DNA from: an uncultured cyanobacterium
Lineage (GTDB): Bacteria > Cyanobacteriota > Cyanobacteriia > Phormidesmidales > Phormidesmidaceae
Length of the DNA: 64,000 bases
Direction: 5' to 3'
NCBI GenBank assembly: GCA_963793445.1
Contig: CAWCAE010000001.1
Span: 287,321-351,320, forward strand
Position numbers and translations under genes: made by a program
Shown: piece after piece, positions 41,531 to 50,400 of the stretch
Layout: the number at the start of each line of letters is the position of its first letter
Position numbering within the stretch: the stretch's first letter is position 1
The notes under the pieces: model-generated
Database searches by the model: none
Seen by the model: only the letters and a program-made list of their open reading frames with translations
What the model was told of the DNA's origin: nothing

Positions 41531-42697
41531 ATGGATAATCGCAATCCCGATAGGCTAGAACACTCCGCACGCTGGCAAACGGAAAGCGCTGCCCGATTCT
41601 GTGTAGGTGATGCCTTTTTTCGCAGCAGCAGCAAAATAGGAAGAGACCTAGCGGTGCTAGCTGCGATCGCTTATCGACAAACCCACAGTCAGCTGCGGGT
41701 GCTCGACGCGATGACTGGCTGCGGCGTGCGGCCTTTACGCTATGTCCTAGAAGCCAGCGCCGACTTTGTGTGGGCCAACGAAGGCAATCCTGATTTACAC
41801 GCTTGCCTTCAGGCTAACCTTGGCACCGCGCTGCCATCTCACTGCTACCGTATTACGCACAAAGACGCCAATGCTGTCTTCTTCGACTGCTACCAGCGGC
41901 AAGACTTCTATGACCTGGTCGATATCGATAGCTTTGGTAGCCCTATGCCGACTCTATCCACCAGCCTATGGGCCGTTAAGCTTGGTGGGCTGGTGTATCT
42001 CACTAGTACCGATGGCCGCGCGACAAGCGGCCACGCTCCTGATAAAAGCTTGCAAACCTATGGCGCTTATGCTCGTAGCCATGTGTCTGTACATGAGCAG
42101 GGCCTACGGCTGCTGATTGGTAGCTCGGCATGGCAGTCAGCAGCCAGGGGGCTAGGGGCTGAGCCTGTTTTCTCTTGGTATCACGGTGAGGTAAACCGCG
42201 TCATGATGCGAGTGACCCAGCGCTCAAACTGGCGATCGCAGCACTATGGCTTTTTGAGCTACTGTCACGACTGCGGTCAGTTTCAGACCCTTAGCTGGAA
42301 AAAGCTAGGGCGCGGGCCCCAGTGTAGCTGTCAAACTCAGATGCCGTTGGCTGTAAGTGGGCCCATGTGGCTAGGACCGCTGCACAGTCACTCAGATTTG
42401 ACGGCAATGGCAAATATAGCCGCCGCCTTGTCATCAGATGCTGCATCGGGTAGCTGGGCTGAGTGTCGGCGCTTGCTAGCTGTCATGCAGGCTGAAAGTA
42501 GCCTGCCGCCGTATTACTATCCGCTGGCGGAGATTGGCCGACGCGACAAAATAGATATTCCGCCCAGAGACGTCCTCTTACAGCAGCTACAGTTAGCCGG
42601 ATTTGAGGCGACGCGCACGCATATTGACACTCAGGCTATTAAAACCACCGCGCCGCTGAGGGTATGCATACAGTTGGCGCGGCGACTGTCACAATAA
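41531..42697 (+). CDS. trm1: tRNA (guanine-N2)-dimethyltransferase Trm1 family
   Basis: RDLAV, VLDAMTGCGVR, DLVDIDSFGSP, Cys pairs CHDC/CSC, GPMWLGPLH. Confidence 0.85.
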   Translation: MDNRNPDRLEHSARWQTESAARFCVGDAFFRSSSKIGRDLAVLAAIAYRQTHSQLRVLDAMTGCGVRPLRYVLEASADFVWANEGNPDLHACLQANLGTALPSHCYRITHKDANAVFFDCYQRQDFYDLVDIDSFGSPMPTLSTSLWAVKLGGLVYLTSTDGRATSGHAPDKSLQTYGAYARSHVSVHEQGLRLLIGSSAWQSAARGLGAEPVFSWYHGEVNRVMMRVTQRSNWRSQHYGFLSYCHDCGQFQTLSWKKLGRGPQCSCQTQMPLAVSGPMWLGPLHSHSDLTAMANIAAALSSDAASGSWAECRRLLAVMQAESSLPPYYYPLAEIGRRDKIDIPPRDVLLQQLQLAGFEATRTHIDTQAIKTTAPLRVCIQLARRLSQ

Positions 42698-42796
42698 GCG
42701 GCACAGCGATCGCCTCTACCGGAATCAGATTTCTTTAGCGTGTAGGTTAAGCAAACAGATAAAAACACATTTTTCGATCTTCGAGCCAACACTGCT

Positions 42797-43462
42797 ATGA
42801 GAACACTACTCGCTGGGATTACCATCATTGCTGCCGCTGTAGGTGCTGGTATTGGCTATGCGTCCTTGGAGACAGGGGGCATTGCTGATGGAATTGCTGG
42901 TGTAACTGCTCAAGACACGTCTATTTATCAAAGCACAGACGCTCGTAGCACGGACGCTTTTGGGATAGAAACGCGTAGCATCAAACCGAATGATGTGGTG
43001 ATTTCAGAAGCAGAACTGAATCAGAGGGTGAATGAGGCAATCGCCTCTGACCCAGCGCTCGCACCTATTGTCAATGTTTCCAAAGGTGTAGAAACATCTA
43101 TTGAAGGCGATCGCGTTGAAAGCGGCCTGACGCTAAACCTAAATAACTTGCCGCTAAACGAACTGCCTGTCGAGGCAGAAGCGGCGGTTGGTGAGCTGCT
43201 CCAAACATTTCCCTTTCTAGCTGAGCGCGACGTCTATATAGGCATTGAAGGTCGCCCTCAAATTGTTGATGAGGCAATCAGCTTAGATGAGACCAACGTA
43301 CGGCTTGGCCCGCTAAGACTGCCCGTATCGAGCGTTGCTAGTCAGCTAGGTGTCTCACAAGCTGATATTGAGCAGCAGCTCAACACCGTGCTTGCACAAG
43401 AAGGGCTCACGCCAGAGAGTATTGAGATCGTAGACGGTCAGATTGTGATTAAGGGGCTCTAA
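42797..43462 (+). CDS. hypothetical exported/membrane-anchored protein
   Basis: N-terminal hydrophobic anchor, long clean ORF; no recognised family. Confidence 0.7.
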   Translation: MRTLLAGITIIAAAVGAGIGYASLETGGIADGIAGVTAQDTSIYQSTDARSTDAFGIETRSIKPNDVVISEAELNQRVNEAIASDPALAPIVNVSKGVETSIEGDRVESGLTLNLNNLPLNELPVEAEAAVGELLQTFPFLAERDVYIGIEGRPQIVDEAISLDETNVRLGPLRLPVSSVASQLGVSQADIEQQLNTVLAQEGLTPESIEIVDGQIVIKGL

Positions 43463-43534
43463 TTGAGGACTCTGAGCGCTGAGACTGGGCCACTGCCCTT
43501 AAACGCGATGACGATGGCCGCTGCCATCAGGCTC

Positions 43535-43882
43535 CTATTGCTCTTGAATCAACCGCATGTAGTTTTGCTTGAGCTGAATATTGGTGGCACTCATCTTGTC
43601 TGATAGATCCTTTTCGGCATCGCTCATTACTTGCCAAAAGGCAGCAGAGCGCTGAACGGACATGTATTCTTGCCACAATTGCTTTAGCAGAGGCGCAACT
43701 GCTGGGCTTTCGGCTGCTACTTGACCTAGCAAGGCTTCAAATTGCTCGCTCGCTTGGTCGTAGCTGTCACCACTTTTGGCAAGTGCGATCGCGCCTGAAA
43801 GCGTCACTTCCAATAAGCTCTTACTCTTAGCAGCAGGTGTCGATTCAGAGGTCGCAGACTCGGGCATAACAATAATATTCAC
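43535..43882 (-). CDS. hypothetical helical protein
   Basis: LWQEYMSVQRSAAFW...QNYMRLIQEQ resembles a recurring cyanobacterial hypothetical (recollection). Confidence 0.7.
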   Translation of the reverse strand: MNIIVMPESATSESTPAAKSKSLLEVTLSGAIALAKSGDSYDQASEQFEALLGQVAAESPAVAPLLKQLWQEYMSVQRSAAFWQVMSDAEKDLSDKMSATNIQLKQNYMRLIQEQ

Positions 43883-43972
43883 ATTCGTAACAACTTATCC
43901 TTCTTATTTTTGGCGATTAACCGGCGATCCGCCTCTATAAAAAAGCAGAAACCAAAAAAGTCAGAAGACTGC

Positions 43973-44563
43973 CTATCGATGTATTGACCGACGGTAGGTA
44001 GTACAGCCCCAATGCCGAATACCCGGTATTCTAGGCCCTCGCCAGCCTCGCCGTCGCAGCTCTTTAGAGATCAGTTTGTTGATGACACAGTGCGCAACTA
44101 AGACGACAGAGCCTTGTACAGTCTGGTTTTCTAACACGTCTGCTGCCTGCCTTGCTCGCTGCTGGGCTAGTGCAAAAGACTCACAGCGATCGCGGTAGCC
44201 CAATCGCCATAGCGTGAGTGCAATCATCGTCCAAGTCAGGGCCGAAAAGCAAAAGTACCTAGAAAAATCTACCGGAAATTCAATTTCTCGAAACCGCACA
44301 TCAACCAAATCTAGCTTAGAAGCCCCTAATAGTTCTGCTGTATGAGTTGCCCGCGGGCGATGACTCGCAACCACCCGAGCGGCCCTCGCCACGGCCTGCT
44401 GCGCCGAACGAGGCGGCAGTGACGCTCTAGCAATTTTAGCCGCGTCATAGCGTTCTACAAACCGCCGAAACTGATGGCCCGCTACCCGCTGTCTGAGTGA
44501 TACAGCAGGTGGCCCGTGCCGAATCAGCGTAATCGTGCCGACATTATGACGTAAAATTTGCAT
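43973..44563 (-). CDS. histidine phosphatase superfamily protein
   Basis: LIRHG motif, [19 protein letters not shown]; ATG 44563 preferred. Confidence 0.8.
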   Translation of the reverse strand: MQILRHNVGTITLIRHGPPAVSLRQRVAGHQFRRFVERYDAAKIARASLPPRSAQQAVARAARVVASHRPRATHTAELLGASKLDLVDVRFREIEFPVDFSRYFCFSALTWTMIALTLWRLGYRDRCESFALAQQRARQAADVLENQTVQGSVVLVAHCVINKLISKELRRRGWRGPRIPGIRHWGCTTYRRSIHR

Positions 44564-44585
44564 CAGTAATAGCGCACAAGACTCT

Positions 44586-45725
44586 ATGGTGAACACGGCT
44601 TCTCCCTCGCCTTCTACAGCCTCGGCCTGGCAATCTGCTGAAAATATGGCCAAAGAAAAGGTAGCCCCCTCTGATTGTCGCTTCGATCGGCCCTTTGATT
44701 GGCAGCAGCTAGCGAATAAAGCATTGGCAGGTGAGCTTCCCACTCGCCCGGAATCATTAGCAGTACTCGCCGCCCCTGATGCTGTAGTGCTTGACCAGCT
44801 AGCGGCTGTTTATCGAGTGCGCCGTCACTACTGGGGCAATCGGGTGCGTTTACACTTCTTGCTAAATGCGCAAAGTGGACTCTGCCCAGAAGACTGTCAC
44901 TATTGTTCCCAATCGAAAATATCAGAGGCAGAGATTGAGGAATATCCGCTGATGGCTACCGATAAGATTCTGGTAGCTGCCGAAAGAGCCCATCAGATGA
45001 AGGCGGGTACTTTCTGTATGGCGATTTCTGGTCGGAGCCCATCTACGCAAGTGTTTGAAGGTGTGCTAGAGGCCGTGCGCACAGTCAAAAGTAAATATCC
45101 TATGCGCGTATGCACGACGCTGGGGCTGTTGAATGAACATCAGGCACAGCAGCTTAAAGCGGCTGGCGTAGACCGGATCAATCACAATCTAAACACTGCT
45201 GAATCTCATCACAAAGATATCTGCACAACGCACCGTTTTCAAGATCGGCTCTCTACGGTCAGGGCCGTGCAGGCTGCTGGATTGACTACTTGCTCGGGCG
45301 GTATCTTTGGCATGGGTGAGTCTGACGAAGATATTGTCGATCTAGCGATGTCTTTGCGATCGCTTAATGTCACCAGCGTACCGCTCAACTTTCTGATTCC
45401 GATTTCTGGCACACCCTTCGCAGAGCGCGATGAGCTAACGCCGCAGCGCTGCCTTAGAATACTATGCCTATTTAGGCTACTGCTGCCTCAGCAAGAAATT
45501 AGGATTGCCGGGGGGCGAGAAGTTCACTTGCGATCGCTTCAACCGTTGGGTCTATACGCCGCCAACTCCATCTTTGTGGGCGACTATCTCACCACCCCGG
45601 GGCAGTCTGCTCAGCAGGATTTTGCGATGATTCGTGACGCTGGCTTTGTCATAGAAAATGCTGAAGAGCAGATCATAGAAAGCGCTATAGGGTCTCTGGG
45701 TGAACAAGCAGATCATCAGACTTAA
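44586..45725 (+). CDS. bioB: biotin synthase (radical SAM)
   Basis: [52 protein letters not shown]. Confidence 0.95.
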   Translation: MVNTASPSPSTASAWQSAENMAKEKVAPSDCRFDRPFDWQQLANKALAGELPTRPESLAVLAAPDAVVLDQLAAVYRVRRHYWGNRVRLHFLLNAQSGLCPEDCHYCSQSKISEAEIEEYPLMATDKILVAAERAHQMKAGTFCMAISGRSPSTQVFEGVLEAVRTVKSKYPMRVCTTLGLLNEHQAQQLKAAGVDRINHNLNTAESHHKDICTTHRFQDRLSTVRAVQAAGLTTCSGGIFGMGESDEDIVDLAMSLRSLNVTSVPLNFLIPISGTPFAERDELTPQRCLRILCLFRLLLPQQEIRIAGGREVHLRSLQPLGLYAANSIFVGDYLTTPGQSAQQDFAMIRDAGFVIENAEEQIIESAIGSLGEQADHQT

Positions 45726-45852
45726 AAAGACTTTGGACAACCCCTTTGAGTAATCTCCTTGCAGAAGAAATTAGGAAACGGGAACAATCAGCAGAATTTA
45801 ACAGCCTTACTGTCTTGAGTAAGTTCGTTATAAAGTACATTCGGTCCAGTTA

Positions 45853-46519
45853 ATGTTGTTCACCAGTCGATGGCCCATACATCTATGTAGCCGAGTCGAG
45901 CCGCCCGCAGTCCTTCACAGACTCTGTCTATTTGTCAGCAAAGCAGCTAGCAAGGCAGCCAGCATAGCCGCCAGCGGTGCCGCAAACAAATCAGTAAGCA
46001 ACAGCCTCACTCGCCCTAGCTCCAACAGCGCCAGCTCTCGCAGACTGAAGCAAACGATTAGTTGGGCCGTACTGTTGGCTGCTACCGGTCTGGGCGCTTG
46101 CCAAAAAGCTGCAGACATAGACAAGCTCCAACGTCGAGACCAGCTCTCAACCTACCGTTCTCAATACCGCTGAAGCATATGCCCCAAGCGAGCTGACTAT
46201 CGTTGCGCCTGCCAACACGCTCCCCGGAAATAACACGCTCATTCAGGTTGCCGAAAATTCCGCACAGGTTACTCAGGTCAGGGCGTAAGATGTGCCCGGC
46301 AGTCAGCTTATCTATTGCTTGCAAGATGGGGAAGACATAGACAAGTTTGTCATGGATGAAGCAACCGGTGATCTGAGATTCAAAGAGGTTCCCGACTGGG
46401 AGAATCCCACTGATATCGATCAAAACAATAACTACATGGTGCTTTGGCAGGTCGTTAGTTCTAGCGGTGATGCTCGAAGTCAGTTTATGGTGGTAAAAGT
46501 AATTGATGTTGTAGACTAG
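45853..46519 (+). pseudogene. lipoprotein with a single cadherin-like domain, disrupted by a frameshift (about 46120) and an in-frame TAA (46286-46288)
   Basis: Frame 1: signal plus lipobox LGAC; frame 2 from 46121: ...IQVAENSAQVTQVRA*DVPGSQLIY...DKFVMDEATGDLRFKEVPDWENPTDIDQNNNYMV...VKVIDV. Confidence 0.7.
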
Positions 46520-46701
46520 CACGTGTTTTAGTCCGCCATCATCGTCTAGCTTGAAAGTCGTCTACTAGATACCTGCTGCCGGCTACCTTTTACTAGCTAC
46601 CTATTGGCTACCTGAAGAGGCTATGGTAGATCTTCCTAGAGAGCGTGGTGGCCTGAGATGGCAATTAGGCATAATAAAATAACCACCGCCCCTGAAACTG
46701 C

Positions 46702-47472
46702 ATGAGTCGTCGCATATTTATAGGAGATGTCCACGGTCACTACACGGGACTGATGCGACTGGCGGAAATGGTAGCCCCGACTGCATCTGACGTATTGCAT
46801 TTTGTGGGTGATTTGATTGATCGAGGTCCACGAAGCGCCCAAGTTGTAGAATTTGTGCGCAAGCACAACTATCCCTGCGTGCTTGGCAATCATGAGCATC
46901 TGTTGCTTAATGCCTTTCCAGATGAAGATCCAAACCTCAGTGCATTTCACAGCTGGCTGTACAGTGGCGGTCAACCTACCCTAACTAGCTACCCCAGTAC
47001 GGAAGCGCTGCTAGAGCATGTAGACTGGCTCAAAACGCTGCCTTTGTATCTAGATTTGGGCGACATTTTTCTAGTTCATGCAGGCTTAAACCCTAAAAAG
47101 CCTTTAGCTCAACAAACGCAGATGGATTTGTGCTGGATTCGAGATGATTTTCACCACCATCCGACGCCCTATTTTTCAGATAAGCGCATTGTGACGGGTC
47201 ATACTATTACCTTTACCCTGCCCGGTGTTAGTCCAGGCCAGATTGCCCAAGGCCCTGGCTGGTTGGATATCGATACGGGAGGCTATCATCCTAAAAGCGG
47301 CTGGCTAACCGCGGTAGATATCGACCAAGCGCTGGTTTATCAGATAAATACTCAGACGAATGCTAAGCGGGTTGTGGCTTTAGAAGATGCGATCGCATCA
47401 GTAGAACCAGCCAGGGTGAAACCTAGACGCCCTTGCCGAAACGCTGCCGTGCAAAGCGCCGCCGCTCAATAG
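46702..47472 (+). CDS. Ser/Thr protein phosphatase (PPP metallophosphoesterase)
   Basis: GDVHG, GDLIDRG, GNHE, HAG, GHT, IDTG. Confidence 0.92.
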   Translation: MSRRIFIGDVHGHYTGLMRLAEMVAPTASDVLHFVGDLIDRGPRSAQVVEFVRKHNYPCVLGNHEHLLLNAFPDEDPNLSAFHSWLYSGGQPTLTSYPSTEALLEHVDWLKTLPLYLDLGDIFLVHAGLNPKKPLAQQTQMDLCWIRDDFHHHPTPYFSDKRIVTGHTITFTLPGVSPGQIAQGPGWLDIDTGGYHPKSGWLTAVDIDQALVYQINTQTNAKRVVALEDAIASVEPARVKPRRPCRNAAVQSAAAQ

Positions 47473-47482
47473 CTATTTGCCT

Positions 47483-47977
47483 TTAGTCTAGAACCGTTTT
47501 TCCTGCAAAGTAATCTTGCAACTGTTGCTGATGGTCGTGCGCCATCTGACCATTCGGCAGCTCATGCTGATGGAATGTGCCCACTTCTAACACTTCATCT
47601 GGGTCAAAGCCATCCATCAATCCTTCAGCTTTTGCTTCTAGTGCCACGCAGATAGAATGAAAGCGTTCGTCCCGCTGACTGCCAGAATATACGCCGACCA
47701 GTCGTCCCGGCGAAACCAGTTTTAGCCCGGTTTCCTCCAACAGCTCTCGCTTAGCGGCTGTTTGCACATTTTCGCCCCAATCTACTAGCCCACCAGGTAA
47801 ACCCCAAAGACCGCTATCGCGCCGCCGAATTAGCACCAGCCGATTGTCTGGCAGTATGGCAATGACACTGGCCGCAACCAAGGGGCGACGGAGAATGAGC
47901 TGTAAAAGCGTTCGGATAGGGTGCCAAATACGTCGCAATCGTGAGATGATCTGCATGAAAAATCGCCTACTCAGCAC
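47483..47977 (-). CDS. NUDIX hydrolase
   Basis: Nudix box GLVDWGENVQTAAKRELLEETGL. Confidence 0.92.
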   Translation of the reverse strand: MLSRRFFMQIISRLRRIWHPIRTLLQLILRRPLVAASVIAILPDNRLVLIRRRDSGLWGLPGGLVDWGENVQTAAKRELLEETGLKLVSPGRLVGVYSGSQRDERFHSICVALEAKAEGLMDGFDPDEVLEVGTFHQHELPNGQMAHDHQQQLQDYFAGKTVLD

Positions 47978-48473
47978 TTGCTAGCTTGCTATCTGTCAAT
48001 TCATCGTCCGTCAATTTGCTAATGGCGGTTATGACTTCAGCAACGTGGGGTTCAGGCTTTACCTTGCGATAGATTTTCTCTAAGGTTCCGTCTGGGTCAA
48101 TGATGAAAGAGCTGCGAGTGATGCCTTTATATTCTTTTCCGTACATTTTTTTGAGGCCGTAACAGCCATAGCGGGTACCGACTTCGCCTGCTGAGTCTAT
48201 GAGCAGCGGAAAGGGTAGGCTGTGTTTGGCCGCAAACTTGGCGTGGGACTTAGCGCTGTCGGTGCTGACGCCAAAGACAGCGACGTTTTTAGCTTGTAGC
48301 TCATCGTAGGCATCGCGGAAGGCACAGACTTCTTTGGTGCAGCCAGGGGTATTGTCGCGCGGGTAGAAGAATAAGACGACTCGCTGCCCTTTCAGATCGC
48401 TTAGGTTAATTGTATTGCCGTCGGCATCGGGCATCGAAAATTCTGGAGCAACGTCTCCGAGGGCGAGTGTCAT
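47967..48473 (-). CDS. bcp: thioredoxin-dependent peroxiredoxin BCP/PrxQ
   Basis: FYPRDNTPGCTKEVCAFRD (CxxxxC). Confidence 0.93.
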   Translation of the reverse strand: MTLALGDVAPEFSMPDADGNTINLSDLKGQRVVLFFYPRDNTPGCTKEVCAFRDAYDELQAKNVAVFGVSTDSAKSHAKFAAKHSLPFPLLIDSAGEVGTRYGCYGLKKMYGKEYKGITRSSFIIDPDGTLEKIYRKVKPEPHVAEVITAISKLTDDELTDSKLASAE

Positions 48474-48529
48474 AAGCGAGGTGGTTTACGTTTGGTTTAC
48501 AGATTCTGTCTTAGAAGTTTCGTCTCAGA

Positions 48530-48800
48530 GATTGTATACCGAGACCCTTACGTATTTAGTTGCGCTGCCTTTCGCCATCGGCGTTGCCTATTTAATCGAA
48601 AAAACAGATCTGTGGACAGACGCCTTGTTGGATATTGTTTGTCTATCTTTTTTAGTCCTTTCGTCCCTTTCTATTATTCCTTTGAACTTGTCAGGCATGT
48701 ATTAGACCGGTGTCAATAATCTGTTGTTTGGCGATATTTTGGCAATTCGGAACTCAGATTTAATGGTGGCTGCTGTTGGCAGCCTGTCGGTGTTCTGTTG
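48530..48800 (+). pseudogene. internal fragment of a ZnuB/MntB-type metal ABC permease
   Basis: ...LPFAIGVAYLIEKTDLWTDALLDIV...SGMY*TGVNNLLFGDILAIRNSDL in one frame with TAG at 48703-48705; both ends missing. Confidence 0.6.
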
Positions 48801-48889
48801 GTCGGTGCGTTGTTTTGCCTGCGGTTTTCTTTGAGTCCATATCGCGAAGCTTTGCTGCCTAGAAATTATTTTCTATAGCATCACTTTTT

Positions 48890-49711
48890 TTACAGAATCA
48901 CTTTTACCAGCGGCTCAAACTTTTCGACTAAACTTGGCCTCGTGACCAAAGTAGGAAACGGATGCGTGCTGTAGTCTTTGCCAACTTCTAGTGGAAAAGC
49001 AGCTTGCCCGTTTAGGTTTATCCAGCTTGCGCCTGCTGCATGTGTAATCGCCCATACCGCCGCAATATCCCAAATCTTTGGCGTTGCTTCTACCGCGCCT
49101 AAACTCACGCCCGAAGCTACGGTCAAAAGATTGTAAGTTGCCACGCCCAGCATCCGAATCTTGCAGGGGAACGGATTTTGTAGCACTTTCAGACTGCGCG
49201 CGCACAGGCTAAACAAAAGGGTGTTTGAAGGTGAGCTCGCAGGACAATTTTGCCCGATACAAAGAGATTCATTGTTAGCAAAAGCGCCTTCTGGCATGTC
49301 TAGACCAGAGCTTCCAGAGAAAAAGCCGTAAAAGTGCTGCGCAATCGGCGGGATATAGACGTGGCCAAAAACCGGCGTGCCTTTGTAGAGCAAACCGAGT
49401 GAAATGCCCCAGAGCGGCACCCCCCGAGTGAAATTGGTAGTGCCATCGATAGGATCGATTACCCAGCACCAGTCTGTGCCAGGAAAAATGTGTTCGGCTT
49501 CTTCGGTCAGGACGCCGTGATCAGGAAAGGTCTTAGCAATGCGATCGCGCAGCTCAGCGTCGGCCCACTTATCGTACTGCGTCACTAGGCTGCCATCGGC
49601 CTTTTGCTCTGCCGTGGCTTTGCCAAAGGCCGTCATCAGATGCGCACCGACATCATCGGTTGCACTTTGAGCAAAGGCTGTGATCTTTTTCCAGTACTCT
49701 GCGGCTGTCAT
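48890..49711 (-). CDS. inositol monophosphatase family protein
   Basis: KADGSLVT, LTEE, WVIDPIDGTTNF, WDIAA. Confidence 0.92.
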   Translation of the reverse strand: MTAAEYWKKITAFAQSATDDVGAHLMTAFGKATAEQKADGSLVTQYDKWADAELRDRIAKTFPDHGVLTEEAEHIFPGTDWCWVIDPIDGTTNFTRGVPLWGISLGLLYKGTPVFGHVYIPPIAQHFYGFFSGSSGLDMPEGAFANNESLCIGQNCPASSPSNTLLFSLCARSLKVLQNPFPCKIRMLGVATYNLLTVASGVSLGAVEATPKIWDIAAVWAITHAAGASWINLNGQAAFPLEVGKDYSTHPFPTLVTRPSLVEKFEPLVKVIL

Positions 49712-49745
49712 GGCGTCTTTTCCCAATTCCTTGCTCCTTTTACTT

Positions 49746-49851
49746 GCTCAGCTCTGGCTTACCCCAGTTTTGGCTTCCTCAGTTCTGGCTTCCTCAGTTC
49801 TGGCTTCCTCAGTTCTGGCTTCCTCAGTTCTGGCTTCCTCAGTTTTGGCCT
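49746..49851. repeat. 15-bp tandem repeat CCTCAGTTCTGGCTT, 4 perfect and 3 imperfect copies
   Basis: Perfect units at 49777, 49792, 49807, 49822; no spacers. Confidence 0.95.
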
Positions 49852-49873
49852 GATCAAGTCCCATGCTGGCTAC

Positions 49874-50053
49874 TTAGTCTAAATCATTCTCTAGCGCCGG
49901 ACTGATTGCCTGCTTAGCATCTAGCTGAAATTCGGTAGTATTCACCCGGCTAACTAGAGCGATCGCAACCCACATTCCTACTGCCTGTGTCAAAAATACC
50001 AGTCCATAAGCAGCCACACCATAGAGAACAGCCCGATCTCGGAGTTCTCTATC
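49874..50053 (-). pseudogene. 3'-terminal remnant of a PucC/BCD-family MFS transporter gene
   Basis: Open frame ...YGVAAYGLVFLTQAVGMWVAIALVSRVNTTEFQLDAKQAISPALENDLD* directly after an in-frame TAA; matches recalled C-terminus of cyanobacterial BCD proteins; sits upstream of the IMPase gene. Confidence 0.65.
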
Positions 50054-50235
50054 TTAAAGTTCTCTATCTTGGAATCCTCTGCGGATAGATCAGACTTTGG
50101 TTTTTGAGGCACGTCGCTACTTACCGCCGCTATGTTTTCTAGAGTTGACTAAAAATGCATTTTTGCTCTGCCACAACAGCATAAGAGATTCTAGAGTCGG
50201 CCTCGCTTTCAATCTGAAGCTGAGCCTACAGAGCC

Positions 50236-50267
50236 AAAAAAAGGCGATCGCCCTAAAGCGATCGCCT
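50236..50267 (-). terminator. hairpin formed from two HIP1 octamers plus U-tract, likely hspA terminator
   Basis: AGGCGATCGC-CCTAAA-GCGATCGCCT with A-run at 50236-50242 (U-run on minus strand). Confidence 0.65.
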
Positions 50268-50328
50268 ACAGTGTGTACCTAAATTTGTCTCACAATTTTC
50301 TTTTGTCTAGAGAGAAGATAGGAATATG

Positions 50329-50368
50329 CTCTCGGCCTTATCCGGTCTTCTACAGTCAAGGCCGAGAG
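50329..50368 (-). other. 11-bp stem-loop in the hspA 3' UTR
   Basis: CTCTCGGCCTT (50329-50339) / AAGGCCGAGAG (50358-50368), 18-nt loop. Confidence 0.6.
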
Positions 50369-50400
50369 GTTTGTTGCCTACACAGTGTTACTGAGCACAA

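Noticed and set aside
46286-46288. In-frame stop as programmed readthrough (Sec/Pyl)
   Set aside because: The codon is TAA, not TGA or TAG, and the gene also carries a frameshift; decay is simpler.
46082-46522. 146-aa minus-strand ORF
   Set aside because: Antisense to the cadherin-like frame, which carries the recognisable motifs.
49746-49851. Tandem array as a possible CRISPR
   Set aside because: Units are contiguous 15-mers with no unique spacers and there are no cas genes. The same applies to 54046-54135.
49604-49882. Plus-strand ORF with FLSSG repeats
   Set aside because: Overlaps the IMPase gene antisense and stays open only because the repeat unit has no stop.
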